Shown here piece by piece: positions 13,554 to 26,919 of a DNA stretch of 64,000 nucleotides. The notes under the pieces were generated by a model that made no database searches, was not told the origin of the DNA, and was given only the letters and a program-made list of their open reading frames with translations. A program made the position numbers and the translations under genes. Within the stretch, counting starts at the first letter, position 1. Every line of letters starts with the position of its first letter. The stretch comes from Fistulifera solaris (Eukaryota), in contig AP026155.1 in the NCBI GenBank assembly GCA_030295235.1, forward strand, positions 248,001-312,000, given 5' to 3'.

Positions 13554-15944
13554 ATGCGAAGGAATTCCCAACAACATGACGTGTTCTTTCCCATTGGCAG
13601 CATACATCATCTTTCCTTATTCTTTTTTATTATTCTTGCCATCGCGGCTCAAATTGAGCAATCGGTGGCGGCTTTTGGGAATCTTCCGTCGTATTCTTAT
13701 CGACAACAACGAATATTTGCCAAGATCCATCCATACTTCTCCTTGGTGATGAATCACAACGACAATAATATTCGAACGAACGACAACATGATTCAACCGC
13801 CATTGAATTACAAGAACGAATCATCAAAAACAATACACAAATCACCCAACAATGAACAACCACGAATCACAATATCACCCGAACAAGTCGAAGAACAACT
13901 AAAAGTAGCCCTCGCCGCATTGCAACACGTCAACCGTGAGGATGATACGTTCGCTCAACTTCGTTCCTTCCCTTCGGTCCGCGATTGCAATGCCGCACTC
14001 GCGGCATTTGGAGATGCCGGAGATCTATTAAGGGCCTTGCGACTTTTCGGAAAAATGAGAAAAGCGACCGCCTACACGAACAGCACGATGGTGGTCCCCA
14101 CACCAACACTCGTCACGTACTCGACCCTCATGTCACGCGCCATCAAATTCAGTAAACCTTTGGTGGCACTCCGATTATGGGATCTCATGATTCAAAAGCG
14201 GTCCCCGGGAGCGATACCGATGGAAGACATTGATGTCAAGGCGGCCAATATTCGCATGAATTGTTTTGCTAGAATTGGCCAATGTGCCACAGGCACAAAA
14301 CTTGTTGCAACAAATGATCAACGGCGATGGTCCCGATGTTCCCCGCTTGCCACCCAACATTGTTACATACAATACACTCTTGCACGCGTGTCAACGGGCG
14401 GGGGATTTGGATGCGGCCTTGGCCGTCGTGCGCCATATGCATCACTGTCGTCCCGATGCTCGTACGTACACGAGTCTGATGGCGACCGTCGCTCGACGAA
14501 AAAGTGCTTCGGCGGGACGGAATGATCCGTCCTTGGCGTTTGTCTTGTTGGACGAAATGAAAAGTCGAGGGATCCGGCCGAATGGCATCACGTACAGTGC
14601 CTTGATTGATGCGTGTGGGCGGTGTCGGAGACCCGATTTGGCATTACGAGGATTGCGCATCATGTTGCTGCAGAAAGCGCAAGAAGTGGAGAGTTTGTCG
14701 AAAATCAAAGGGAATCAAAATAATAAAGCAATATACACACTTCCCTATGAAGTGGGAGCTTGGACCGCTGCCATCAACGCCTGTGGGAAAGCGGGTCGTA
14801 TTCAAACAGCACTACGATTATTTCGCGCCATGCCCGGCTTTGGGGTCATGCCGAATACGATCACGTGCGGATCTTTGACTGATTCATTGCTTCGGGCGGG
14901 AGCAACGGCAGAAACACTCGATGTATTGCGGTACATGAAAAGAATGGGATAGTCCCCAGCGAAGTCATGTATACGTCTCTGATGACTCGTGCGGAGCGTC
15001 TGGCCAAAATGGAGCGTGATGGGAAATCGTTTTCGATGGCCACACAAGCACATGTGGTGGCACTAGACAGTCAACCATCCGAAGACCAACCAATCGGTGA
15101 TGCCCGAGCTATCGATGTCTATACCGAACTGATTAAAAGTCTCGTGGAAGGCGGTCGCTCGACAACAGATTATTCTCCACGAAATAATACTCTACTGGTC
15201 GAGGCGAATACCGCTCGTGGCGATGATGTCTTGGTGAAAGTGTTTTTGGTCTTTCAAGAAATGAAAACCGCCGGAACCATGCCGGACCTCGCTTGTTACA
15301 ACGCTCTTTTACGAGCATGTGCTCGAGCTGGGGATCTCGATCATGCGAATGACGTTTTACGACAAATGGTGGCGGCCGATCTATGTCCCAACGACACGTC
15401 CTGGCGACAGCTTCTTCAAGCTGCAGCTCAACAGAAGAATGGTGAACGAGCCCTCCAAGCGTGGAAGCAAGGGGTGGAGTACAGCAAGGAGAGAAAAAGG
15501 AAACGACCTTTTATGGATGAGCCGAACGTCCTTACTTGGAAGCCAAGTTCTTCATCTCTTGCTGCTTTGCTTTCGGCCCTACTCGCCGAGGCAAAAGAAC
15601 CTTTGATAAGTAACGAAAAGAAGATAGCTCTCTACAGGAAAGTAGTTGAGCTTTACGACAAGGTGCTTCTTGGTGACGAGAAGATGGGATTCGATCGCTT
15701 GGATTTAAACGACGTTTTGGAAAATCAGCGGGTTGTTATTCTATTTATACGTGGAATGTTGGGCTTATCTGAGTTTGAAGATGATCCCGTGCGCCTAGAG
15801 AGTCAACGACTTGCCGTGCGGTCAATCTTGGAGTTGGAGTGCCTGAATCAGCGGGACGAGACTTACAGATTGCCGTGGGCTGTGAGAGAAACTTTGAATA
15901 AGGCCGTTGCCTTTTCTCGAGCAAAAGCGTCTGTACATGCTTAG
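13554..15944 (+). CDS. Pentatricopeptide repeat (PPR) protein, probably plastid-targeted
   Basis: Repeated PNIVTYNTLLHAC, PDARTYTSLM, PNGITYSALIDAC, PDLACYNALLRAC; three ORFs joined by indels near 14272 and 14947; signal peptide then VAA-F. Confidence 0.9.
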
Positions 15945-15999
15945 AAGTAGGGAAAACTAGTCGCTATTTTTTATTAATGTCGATCTGTAGCAATTGTTA

Positions 16000-16829
16000 C
16001 TACACTGAGGATTTCTTTGGATACAAGATGTCGTAGTGCCCAGGTCGATAGAGAAGATAAATTTGTAACGCAGAATTTTCCGGTCCAAACACGTGATGTA
16101 TCACATCACCAGCCACTATTTCATGCCCATCCAAGTATTCGATCCGCACCTTGACGCCAAAAGCTTCCGCCAGTGCTAAAACTTGCAGTTGCTCGCATTC
16201 CTTGCCCATAGGCTCCACTTCTCGTCGACAAAACTGCGCTACATACATGCCCGGCTGTTCAATGAACGGCTCAAATCGTTGGGGGTCCATTTTCAAGTGA
16301 GTTGCCGTCACCACTCGCAAATACCAGGTGCAGTAATCCGAAGTGGAATTCTCCTCATTCAATTCCTTCAGAAGCGCTTCCGCATCCACCGATCCGGATA
16401 TTACCCGCTCAATGAGACTCACCGCTTCTTCGTAGAACATTTCTATGGTCATTTCATTGTAGCCAACTTCTTTAACGTGTTTCCATGATACTTCCTTCAA
16501 AAGGTCAAAATGCGTTGACCTTCGGGATGTTTTGTGTCCTGACACAGCGTCTCTGCCAACGCAAACAAGAACGCCCGATAGTAGCAGTTGCCATCGCCTC
16601 GTACCATTCGTATGCCTCCGTACAGTTTCTGGAGAGCCGCTACTCCCGCAAGGAAAGGACCTTCTCTGTATTGTTGTTCCAGCTCCGTCAGTGGTTTCAA
16701 CATCGAGGTGAGTGGGGATTGTTTCGTCTCGTCTTCAATTTCTTTCATTCGTTCTTCCGAAAGACGGAAAGACTCGGCAAAATTGTTGCCGCTGTCGGAA
16801 CTAGAGGCCACATTGTTGTCTTGCGTCAT
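16000..16829 (-). CDS. OTUB1: Otubain (OTUB1-like deubiquitinase, peptidase C65)
   Basis: VRGDGNCYYRA catalytic Cys motif, VEPMGKEC, LLYRPGHYDILY; indel near 16505. Confidence 0.92.
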
Positions 16830-17115
16830 TTTATTGTATTGTTTCAGTTATCATGTAAGCTTTAATGAAGCTATAGGGTCCATAAATTCATGCTTTGCGA
16901 CTCATGATTTAAAAATGCAGTCGCGGTTATGTTGTACTACACTTTGGGACTATAGTGAAGAAAAGGGACCACCACAACAATCCGCAGACACAGCGAGGGG
17001 TAGGGTAAAAGTAAAAGGTAAGAAACAGTTCATGAAGAGGAGGAGTCTTGTTTTTATAGCTTTTATAGTATATAAATCAATGTGTTTATCTCTAACTTGC
17101 TCCGTTACCAAGACG

Positions 17116-18395
17116 TTATAAAGCCACTGAAGGCGCTGAGTTCGGTAAACTAAGCTTTGGTCGGTCCACTTGTTGACTTCCCACATCCGTTTCGGGTTCT
17201 TCTTTTCGAACGTAGGTGACATCATTGAATATTTCTTGAAACGAGTCTACTTGTATACTTTCCGTATCCTCCGGATGTATGGCAGCGTCGGTGCCAGTCA
17301 CCGAATCCGTAATGTGGCTGTCCCCATCGCCAAAGAGTATCCGTGCGGTTCCTCCTCTCCTTTTGAGCGTTACCGAATCGTTACTGCCAGCATAATCGCC
17401 GTAGTCCATGGTGGCATTGAGACTTCCGGGCGTACTTTGCTCGGGTCGATGGCCATCGCGGTCGACAAACGGAGTCGATTTAGCGGTTTTTGTAGATTGC
17501 GCATCATCGTCCTTTTTGCCCTTTTTCGTTTGCTTGCGCCGCACGAAAAACACTACCAACAAAAATACCAGAAAAACTCCCAGCATGGAAATCATGGCTA
17601 TTCCGGCTCTCGTCAAACCTTTATTGAACGTGTTATCCGAAGGTGCGTCATCTAATGGACTGGAAAGAGCAGGCTCCTCGGTCGGTTCCTCTACAATTGG
17701 ATGTTCTGCAAATGTAACACTCGTGATATTTATTCCATCGGATTGCGCCAATTCATTCGCAATTTGTAGCAAGTCAGATTCACCACTTCCTTCTGTCAAA
17801 AAGTTCAGAACGGCACCCAATACTGCGTCCGTTTCACAGAGATCCGTGTATGACACTCGTACATTCCCGCTGTACAATCCGCAAGTCGCACAAGATGATG
17901 ATGATGATGATTCGTTGAGAAAGACATCCCGAGATCCCGAGGTAATTGAGAGCACACACGGCAGCGAATTGCTTAAAAGACGATTCGAAGTGTTGTTGCC
18001 GTCTGCACACAATTGTGCCGCCAAAATGTCAACCGTCGCTCCATCGACCCAAGTAGGGATATTTGTCTTTTGTCGGAAAATAAGAAAGAGTCGTGCCAGC
18101 GATCGAATGCGTGAGTGTGCAGTCCCTACGCCAACATTTCAAAAACAAAATTGTTTCAGAGAGGAAAGCTTACCGACCACGTGAGATCCGTTGCTTCGCT
18201 GGAATCATCATCATCGATTTCCACTTCATACCGATAAGTCACTTCGATTGTGTCAGCATCGGAGGTGGCGGGTGCGCACACCCGGATGGTGGTGGGACGA
18301 GGAACGGATGCAACGGGGGATCGCGTGGGTGCGATGGACGGTCCATCGTCTTCGTCGATAATGGTAATGTTTTGTAAATTTCGTGTCGTTCGCAT
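17116..18395 (-). CDS. Single-pass membrane protein with a Cys-containing lumenal domain (paralog of the next two genes); N-terminus uncertain
   Basis: Exons joined by intron 18067..18173; RNLQ and NRLL motifs, VTYRYEVEI, CGLYSGNVRV, TM helix followed by RRKQTKK. Confidence 0.65.
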
Positions 18396-18971
18396 GCTGC
18401 TTGATCACGGCGTCTTCCTCAACAATTACTCAGCTATTGTTTGATAGCAAACGAATTAGTCTTTTTATAGCAACAAATAACTAGGCCACATGCAATTCCA
18501 AGGCAACGACACGGACGAGAGGTCTGGGAATTTTTTTGAAGCAAGCCAAAAATTCCACTCCATCTATTCGTTGGAGGATTGAATTTTCCGTTGATGAAAC
18601 AGCTCCTCATAGTTTTGAAGAAAACACGAGCGCCAGTCGGCCTGGCTTTGTTTAAGCAATAATCTCCACGGACAAATGAACGTCGAAGAAATCTTACTTC
18701 CAATTAAAGAGTCAGTCGTCCGATTGGTACAGGAAAGCGCACAGCGAAGGGATCGAATACCGGAGAAATAAACTGTATCAGCGTGCTTGCTCTTACGGTA
18801 CCCAAAGCGTTATCTTGTAAACAAGACTTTACAGATTTAGCTCAGTCACATGAAAACAAGGATAACCTCACGTTGTCTCATTATTTGGCGAGCAACCTTC
18901 CACAAAACCTCACCCATTTGCATCGTTCATTTGGACACTTCCATCTCCTACTACGACCAGAACTATACAAA

Positions 18972-20262
18972 ATGAAGTTTGCTGTCACATTTGGTTTTCT
19001 GTCGCTCGCGACAACTCACTCGGCTGCCCAATTTGTTGGATTGGTTCCAGATAAGCCGACACCGGCTCCGGTGGGCGCCAGTGAGCCTACCACGGACGAC
19101 GTTTTCTTGCCCATTCTTGTCGATCCCGACAAACCGTCTGATTTTCCTTCCGTCATGTCGGATTTGCCTTCTGACGTACCGTCGTTTGCTCCATCACTTC
19201 TAATGGCTTCGGACGTTCCATCGGACTTGGTTTCGGATCTACCCTCCGATGTACCTTCGGATGCTCCCTCCGCATCTCCGACAGTTCCATTCGCGGCGGC
19301 ATCAGTAAATGCGTCAAATATCTTGTACGGTTTTTCCGCGGCGTCTGCGGCATCGGATGTGCCATCCAGTAGTCCGTCGGATGCCTTTTCGGACGTCCCT
19401 TCGGATGTACCTTCCCTGATGCCCAGTGGTGTTCCATCGGATGCTCCCTCCAGTAAGCCATCGAGTGAGGCAAATGACTCGTTACTACCGGACGATACCG
19501 TAAACAATTACACAATTTGCGGAGCGTGGAATGAATCCAGCTTGGAGCAAGCGGAAGTATCGCACTCCAAATATGTGTACACGCTACAGCTAGCAGCACC
19601 AGAAGGGGATATTCAAGATACAATCCATTCCGTAGAGAACCTGATTCTGGAGGAGCTCATGAGCAAAATGTGCGGTGTCTTTACATTCGCGGTGGCCGTA
19701 TTGGCGACACCGGATGACTTTGCGACAGGTAAGTGACTAAGCAGTTGACAGTTTCATACCAAAATGATGTTACCTCACATTAATCAAACTATTTCCACAG
19801 CGACGTGCGGTGATGCCTGCTATATGCTTTACGGGTCTGTTGAAATAAAGTCGAATACAAAAAATGCCGATGAGCTGCTGGAGCTGAAATGCCAAGCACA
19901 ACGAACGATTCGAGAAATGTTCATTTATCGGGAATTTGATAGTGTGAGTCAAATAACAGAGGCCACACTTCTATATTTTGATCAAGAAGAAGAACTGCAA
20001 TGCAGCACCTTGAATGGGAACCCGAATAAAGGACTTGTCCCGAGCGAGCAAGTAACCACCGGAGGAGAGTCTTTCGTCAGCGAAGAATCTTCGGATGACG
20101 GCGTCTTAACATCAGGAGCGCTGGTCGGTCTTTTCGTTTTTGGGCGGCACACTGATCGCAGCCATGGTTGTAGGCATGCACTACAAACACACACAAAGAA
20201 ATGCAAGACGGAATGTAAACCTCACAGAGGAAGATTTGAGCATGATTATAGCAGACGTCTAA
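18972..20262 (+). CDS. Signal-peptide, PSDVPS-repeat, single-pass membrane protein
   Basis: MKFAVTFGFLSLA signal; SD(V/L/A)PS repeats; intron 19729..19800; CGDACYMLYGSVEI; TM helix restored by removing one T at about 20140. Confidence 0.75.
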
Positions 20263-20792
20263 TTGGGCTATCATAAAGAATGGAAATAAACTGCAACTGT
20301 TTTTGTAGATTATCCGCTCGAACACCAAAAAAGTGAGGCCGTGAATGCACCAGCTGGAGACCAGCATGGCGGACCGCGAAATCAGGGGCGTTTTCACAAT
20401 TGACTGTCGGCATGTGAGTACTAAGAAATAATACACAATTCTTACTCGGTTTTCATTCTTAACTGCACTCTATCGAACGGATCGCCGGATCTTATCTCTA
20501 GAATTGTACTATGCAGGTGCTGTATCTAGATTTAGTACGCTAAAACACGATAAGGCTTTATGTATTTGAAGCATTCATTTCGCAGTGGCTTTAAATGTAG
20601 AAACCTTTTTCAATCTTCTTAAATACATCATCACTTACATGTTTCACACTGATGACACAGAACGTCCTGAGGATATTTAAGCGATCATTATTAGACTCTT
20701 CCTCCCATCGCTGAAAACGGAGCTGCCTCACATTGTGAATGAAATCAAGGAAAACACACATCGACCATTGCATTGATAAAAATAGATCAGCC

Positions 20793-22842
20793 ATGAAGCA
20801 CCACTGTAGCGTTGTGGCAGCTTTGCTGCTGACCACAGTATGTTCCATCAGCATTGGGCGCATTGAAGCTCAACTAACGGAGGACCTTGTGTCGGCCTTC
20901 CCGAGTGATGTACCCTCAGACTATCCTAGTTCATTCCCAAGCTCATTACCCACAACAGCGCCGAGCCCGGTCAATGACCTTGGAGAGGACGAGTTTGTTG
21001 AAGAAGCGATCGGAGAGGAGGATACTAGCGAAGAAGAATCCTTGATCCCAACCATGCCCCCCTAGTAGTGCCGCCGACGACAGCGTTCTCCCCGAGAGTA
21101 TCGCAACCATGAGTCCGACAAAAGAGGTTAGCTACGAAATGGGCACTGAAAACGAAGAATTCTTTGGTCACCACAATCGGCACGATCGTCACGATGGTCA
21201 TGACGGAGGTCATGATGGGGGCCATGATGGTCACGATGGTCATGACGGCCATCATGATGATGACGACTACAGCTCATCGGGCAAAGGAAAGAAAGGTGGA
21301 AAAGGAGGAAAGGGAGGAAAAGGAAGCTCCTCTTCTTCTGGAAAGAAAGGCAAGAGGGTTAGAAACCGAAAGCTCCAATCAAGCAACGTCTCGCGTAATT
21401 CCCCGCAACAGCTCGAATCGCGCGAGCTCCAGGTGGATTTACTTGAGAAAATCTACGATCGTTTCCCGTTCCTTCGCATGGTCGGTGATGCCGTCATCTC
21501 GCAAATTGCCGTAGAGCTCGATGAACTGATTGGTGAAGAAGCGTCGGATGTTCCATCGGATGTTCCCAGCGACGCCCCTTCTGACATGCCCTCCGAGGCG
21601 CCATCGGTCATTCCCGATGCCCTGGCAAATCTGGCCACGACAAAGTCGAAGAAGGGAAAACGACGTGTGCTTCAGTCCAACAGTACGCCGTCGCGAAAGG
21701 TTGTGTCGCGTCAGCTTCAACTGAGAGGAATCCGATCGCGAGAGCTCCATATTCCGCCTATCATGCTGAAACTGTTCGACAGATTCCCGTTTCTTTATCG
21801 ATTCTATGATGAAACCGACGGGACATTTAATTTCAAAAACTTTGAGTTTGACTTTGGGGAAACTTCCGTGTCAGATATGCCAAGCGATGTCCCTTCGGAT
21901 CTTCCCAGCGTCTTTCCCAGCGATGTCCCTTCAGATGTCCCTAGCATGTATCCCAGCGATGTTCCTTCGGATGTCCCTAGCATGTATCCCAGTGATGTCC
22001 CCTCGGATGTCCCCAGTATGATGCCTAGCGATGTTCCAAGCTTGGCACCTTCGGATGCGCCAAGCATGATGCCAAGTGATGTCCCCAGCTTGGCTCCGTC
22101 TGATCTTCCCAGCGTTGTACCATCCGCATGGACCGACAAACAGTTCCAACTTCCAGAAGGCTACGAAGTATGTGGTTTATCGGAAGCTGTTGACTTTGAT
22201 TCCTTGCACAACATTGCCGTCTCCTACCTGTTCGAGCTGAGTATCTACACTACTGCCTCGATTGAAACCGTCCAAAGTGAAGTGGATAATCTTCTCCGTC
22301 AAGAAATCTTGGATAGCACATGTCACGACGGTGCCGATCGTGCCACCGGTGCCGCCCGTGTCCATGCCATCTCCACTGGCTTGACGGGAATGGAAGCGGA
22401 TCATTGCGGCACGCACTGTTACATTATGCTCGGTGAAGTTTCGCTTCTTGTCGATCCAACTTCTGAAGAGGACTACAAGCGATTTTACTGTGAAGCTTAC
22501 AAGGTTGTACATGATGCCATCAAAGAAGAAACCATTACACTTGTTCCTGGAACCGAGCGATCGGTGTTCCTTCGTGATACTCCCAATCTTTCAGAAGAAT
22601 GCACGTTCACGGAACCACTGGTCATTTCGGAAGTGGATCAACAGAACGCCCCGGATGACAGCGAGAAAGTACTTTCCGTCGAAGCGGACAATTCTCTACC
22701 CGTTTGGGCTTTTGCGGCCGGTGTCGGTTCCATCGTCTTTGCCATCGCCGGAGTTTTTGCGTACAAGAATACCCGAGGGCGAGAGAACAACGACGTCAGT
22801 GAAGATAGCGAAATTTCACAAGAACCCTCCTCGGAACCGTAA
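20793..22842 (+). CDS. Signal-peptide membrane protein with His/Asp/Gly, Lys/Gly, RxL and PSDVPS repeats (candidate biosilica-associated protein)
   Basis: Two ORFs joined by an indel in the C-run at 21057-21062; motifs read directly; CGTHCYIMLGEVSL; C-terminal TM helix. Confidence 0.8.
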
Positions 22843-23177
22843 ACAAAAAGGACCTATGCACAGTTCTCTGTTCGTCGTCTAGTTGCCAACCTAAAATCGT
22901 TAGAAATTTGCATGTAATCATTTTGAATTTCTGTTGTTGGTTTCTATTCTCTGTATATTGAAGCGTAACATAAGCTGAAAGCCGTATACCTAGCTTGCTT
23001 GAAAATGGGGTAACTACCAGTACCGTTCAGATTTTGACGTTGTTTCAATCCGAAGGATTTTTCATCGCACAAGACGAAAAATCTTGGAAACGACGAAATA
23101 ATTCATTACTCCGAGTATTCATTATACTATATCGTTCCTTTCAATAATAACCGAAGCATTGAAAGGAGCAAAACAAA

Positions 23178-23336
23178 ATGACAAGAAGAAAAGGAAATCA
23201 GTTTTATTTGCCTCTTGTGAGCTGGATGACGGCGTCGCTGCTGGCTTTGATCGTGAGCAGAGGGATTGCCTTTTTCTCGACGCGCTCTGCGCGTCGACCA
23301 TCAAGGAGAATGACCACCACAACTTCTTTCTTACTC

Positions 23337-23371
<35 letters not shown>

Positions 23372-24197
23372 CGATAGTTCCGACGGCGACATCAATGACT
23401 CGAACAATCTGTGGAAAACATTACTCGATCGCTTTCAAGGCGATTTTGATAACTACCAGCAAGTAATGCAAGATCGACAAGACGGACTCTATCCCAAAGA
23501 AGGAGGAGGCCACGAGCACATTCATTGTACGCTTATACCCGTCACCGAACAGACTCGTTTAGCGGCATTTTATTTTGATGGCATGCCGCAAGCCATTTTT
23601 CGGTTCCGTTACTATCATTTGCAACCGGTCATGGAACAGAATCATCGTGTCGTGGCGGTCGATACGACCTTGTACACATTACACCCCCACTTGGAGGCGC
23701 AACTGCGATTGCACTCCGTAGAGCCCATGCTTTGGCCGGATATTTTTCGAAACTTTACCGATAATCGGATCAATCTATTATCCAATTGTGAGGTTCGATG
23801 GACCTGGGAAATGGACCCCGTGCAACATGCGTATGCGGAATCGTACCATTCGTCCGACGAAGCGGCGGGGATACACGCCGTCATGGTGCACGGTCAAGCC
23901 ATTGTAGATAGTCAAATGGCACCAGGAACGAAAATACTGATACAAGATCAACTCAGTCTGTGGTCGGACGAATTTTGGATTCATGATCGAGGATATGATC
24001 CGAAAGACACGAGTAAGTTTATTTACGGAAATCAACGGGGAATACCGTATCGCTTGGATCGTGTGACCCGTATTGAACATGGACACCGAAGAGTGACTTC
24101 GAATGACTTGCAATGGACATTGGGGCCATCCTTTCGAACTGAAGCGCTGTATAAGGAGAAACTGGAAGCCGTAGGTGGTCCATCCGCAAAGCGATAA
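23178..24197 (+). CDS. CpcT/CpeT-family (T-type bilin lyase-like) protein
   Basis: FQGDFDNYQQ...HEHIH, IFRFRYY, WIHDRGYD...IYGN..GIPYRLDR; presequence GIA-F. Confidence 0.65.
23337..23372. repeat. (AAC)n microsatellite encoding poly-Asn in the transit-peptide region
   Basis: About 12 tandem AAC units. Confidence 0.9.
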
Positions 24198-24232
24198 GAT
24201 AAAATTCAAGTCTTGTCATGGTTAACTAGCTA

Positions 24233-25212
24233 TTAATTCCACGACAACCACCGCTTCCAACTTCGTCGACGCAACTCAGTTTGCACTCTGTTCAATTCTT
24301 CTCTTACGTCGTCCACAGAGCGTGTACTACCTTTGCGGATTTCGTCTTGCAGTTGTAGCAGTTCGTACTCGAGTCGCTGGCGTTCAATCTCCTCCCATGA
24401 CGTAGTTGCTGATGGATTTTTCTGTTTCTCGGGGATCATGGCGGGATCGACGACTTGCCACGATGACATAGCATAGTGTGTCTGAAACAGGGGATCGTTC
24501 GGTTTCATTAATGACGCTTCAATGATAGTATCACTGACGTTACTACTACTTTCATCAGCGGCGTCATCATCGACAAAGGTAACAACGGGGGAACCCGTCA
24601 TAATTTCGAGTGCATCATCTTTCCGTATCCCCATGAGTGTATCTTTAATAGTTTCCGCATTCGCTAATAAAGACCCCGGAAGTGTATGCTCTTTCATTTC
24701 CGTCGCCAAGTGATAGGCTCCCATATGTTCCGTGACGAAACCCACGTTGACGTGAATCTTCTGTTGATCCATTTTTGTTTCTGTTGTTCTTGCGCACGTT
24801 CCGCAGCCGATAGTTCATCGAGCAATCGGTATTCCTTTTCTGTATTATCACAATAACTAGCAGCATGTACATCTTCTTGACCATAATGGGCACGCACCCA
24901 TTTCATGAACGCACTGGATTCATCGTTCACTGGCAACAACATGTCACGCAAGGTTGTATTCGATGACACAAACCACAAGCCAAAGTACGGAATCAATGTT
25001 CCCGCTGACACGTAAAAGAAACGAATCCAATTCTTCGGCCATGGCTTTTCGTCGGGTGTAATCTTGGCTGTTACGTCGTTCGTATTGTTTTGAAAGCGAT
25101 GGGCATGTTTGATCCAGAGTCGTCGCGACACGACGACTTGCGAACTCATGTGTCGATACGAAGAAATAACGATTCTCGAAGATAGTGCTGCTGTAGTGGA
25201 CGAAAAAAACAT
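24233..25212 (-). CDS. Hypothetical protein with mitochondrial-like presequence and one TM segment
   Basis: Arg/Ser-rich N-terminus; two ORFs joined by an indel in the T-run at about 24773. Confidence 0.6.
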
Positions 25213-25289
25213 GTTAACTATTTCTTTTAGTGATAATTTTATTCAAACAAGCTCGAAATGCGACACTTTTGTTTTGCGTTTGTTGCTAT

Positions 25290-25883
25290 TAGAGGTGTGG
25301 CTAGAGGTAAAAATGGACTCTAGTGAAATGACTAGTGAGCCAAGTCATTCTAGTGAAGTGAAAAGTGAAAAAGTGAAAAGTGGTACTGATATCTGTATAG
25401 TGTAAAGTGTACAAGTCATTAGCTGTGTCCTGAAACCGGATGCACGATACTCCGGAGTAATAGGAAAGAGTTCCCTCCTCTCAATGGTTGCTAGGAAATG
25501 GCTAGGTGTTTGCGCTACATCAACAGCTTCGGAGAGAGTGTTCTCGAGTTGTGGCCTTGCTTTGAAGCGCACAAAATTGAAAGGGACCACACTGGAGACT
25601 CAGCTGAAATTGAAGTATAACCTGGCACCCTGTGGACTGACCATTGGTGAAAATAGGCAAAGCAATTTAAGTTACTAGATAAGTAGCTATTATTTGCTAT
25701 CGCTTCTTATTCCATTTGTGTCATGTTGCCATAGTTTTTTGCACCGTTCATGTCACACGTAGGCGTTACGTAGACATGGTACACTTCTAGTGAATCAAGT
25801 GGAGTAAAAAGTGAGTGAAGTGAAAAAGTGAAATTTTCAACTCTAGTGAAGTGACTAGTTCTAGTGAAAAAGCCACACCTCTA
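25290..25883 (+). mobile_element. Non-autonomous hAT DNA transposon, 594 bp
   Basis: Perfect 13-bp TIR TAGAGGTGTGGCT/AGCCACACCTCTA; perfect 8-bp TSD GTTGCTAT (25282-25289, 25884-25891); internal hATC dimerisation remnant FPLLSMVARKWLGVCATSTASERVFS. Confidence 0.95.
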
Positions 25884-26272
25884 GTTGCTATGTGATAAAC
25901 ATCGCGTGATTTGTTTTTCGTGATCAAGTTTGCGGGTAGTCTGTCCGGTATCCGCTAGTCTGTACGCAGTACTTGTACGTAGTTTCCCAGCAGAGAGCGG
26001 GACTCCCTACTCCTAACCTTACTCGACGACGACTCTTCATTCCTCATCATCATCTTTGCTTGAGTCACTTTAGTCGTGGTGAGACGCGAAAAAGATCTCC
26101 CTCATCAAAGCACCGCGAGTTGAAACATGGATGCCCGACAAAACTTCGAGCACAATATTATGATGATGGAAAACAGCAAAGAAACACAATAGAATAATAG
26201 AAAAAAGCGTTTATTACAACAAGTTCGTACTACAGATAAACACAGAACCGACTCGTATCGAAAATACCGCAA

Positions 26273-26870
26273 ATGACTGCCACCACCAACACTGAAGCCT
26301 ATCAGCTCAAAGACGCCGGTTTGGTTTCCGAACAAGCCCTGGAATCCTTGTTGATTGAACTCTCCAATTATGCGGCCAAATCATGTTTACCCAAAGAGGA
26401 AACACCACCTACTGAAGAGCAATTGACCATTGCTGCCGAAATGGCCGCCGCCAAATTAGAACGCATCGGTTGGACGGTCGGTTACCGGTGGACGGAACGA
26501 TTGGCCCAACACAAAACGTGGAATGCCGTCACGGCGGGCGACGAAGCGGCCGCGGTGGCGGCACAACAACTCGAGGCCGTCAAATTCCTGTGCAAGGAAG
26601 TGTGGATGGAAGTTTTTCGAAAGCAAATTGACAAATTGCAAACGAATCATCGGGGGTATTTGTTCTCAAGGATTTGGATCTGAAATGGATGACGCGGTTC
26701 CCGGCGGGGCCGGAACACTCGCGAGTTGCGGCCATTCGGTTTTTGGCGTTTCCCTGTGGATTGATTCGGGGGCTTTGGCCAATTTGGGGATCCCCGCCGT
26801 GGTGTCGTGTGACTTTTTGGCAGATGGACAGAACATGTCGGCGTGTAGTTTTAATATTAAAGTCAAGTAA
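26273..26870 (+). CDS. TRAPPC6: TRAPP complex subunit 6 (Trs33)
   Basis: LERIGWTVGYR, VKFLCKEVW, KQIDKLQTNHRGVFVL, FPCGLIRGALANLG after correcting indels in two G-runs (about 26655 and 26770). Confidence 0.9.
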
Positions 26871-26919
26871 CTAAGGAAGGAACTAATGATCAAGATTGGT
26901 TAAAAGTTTTTTCTTTCTA

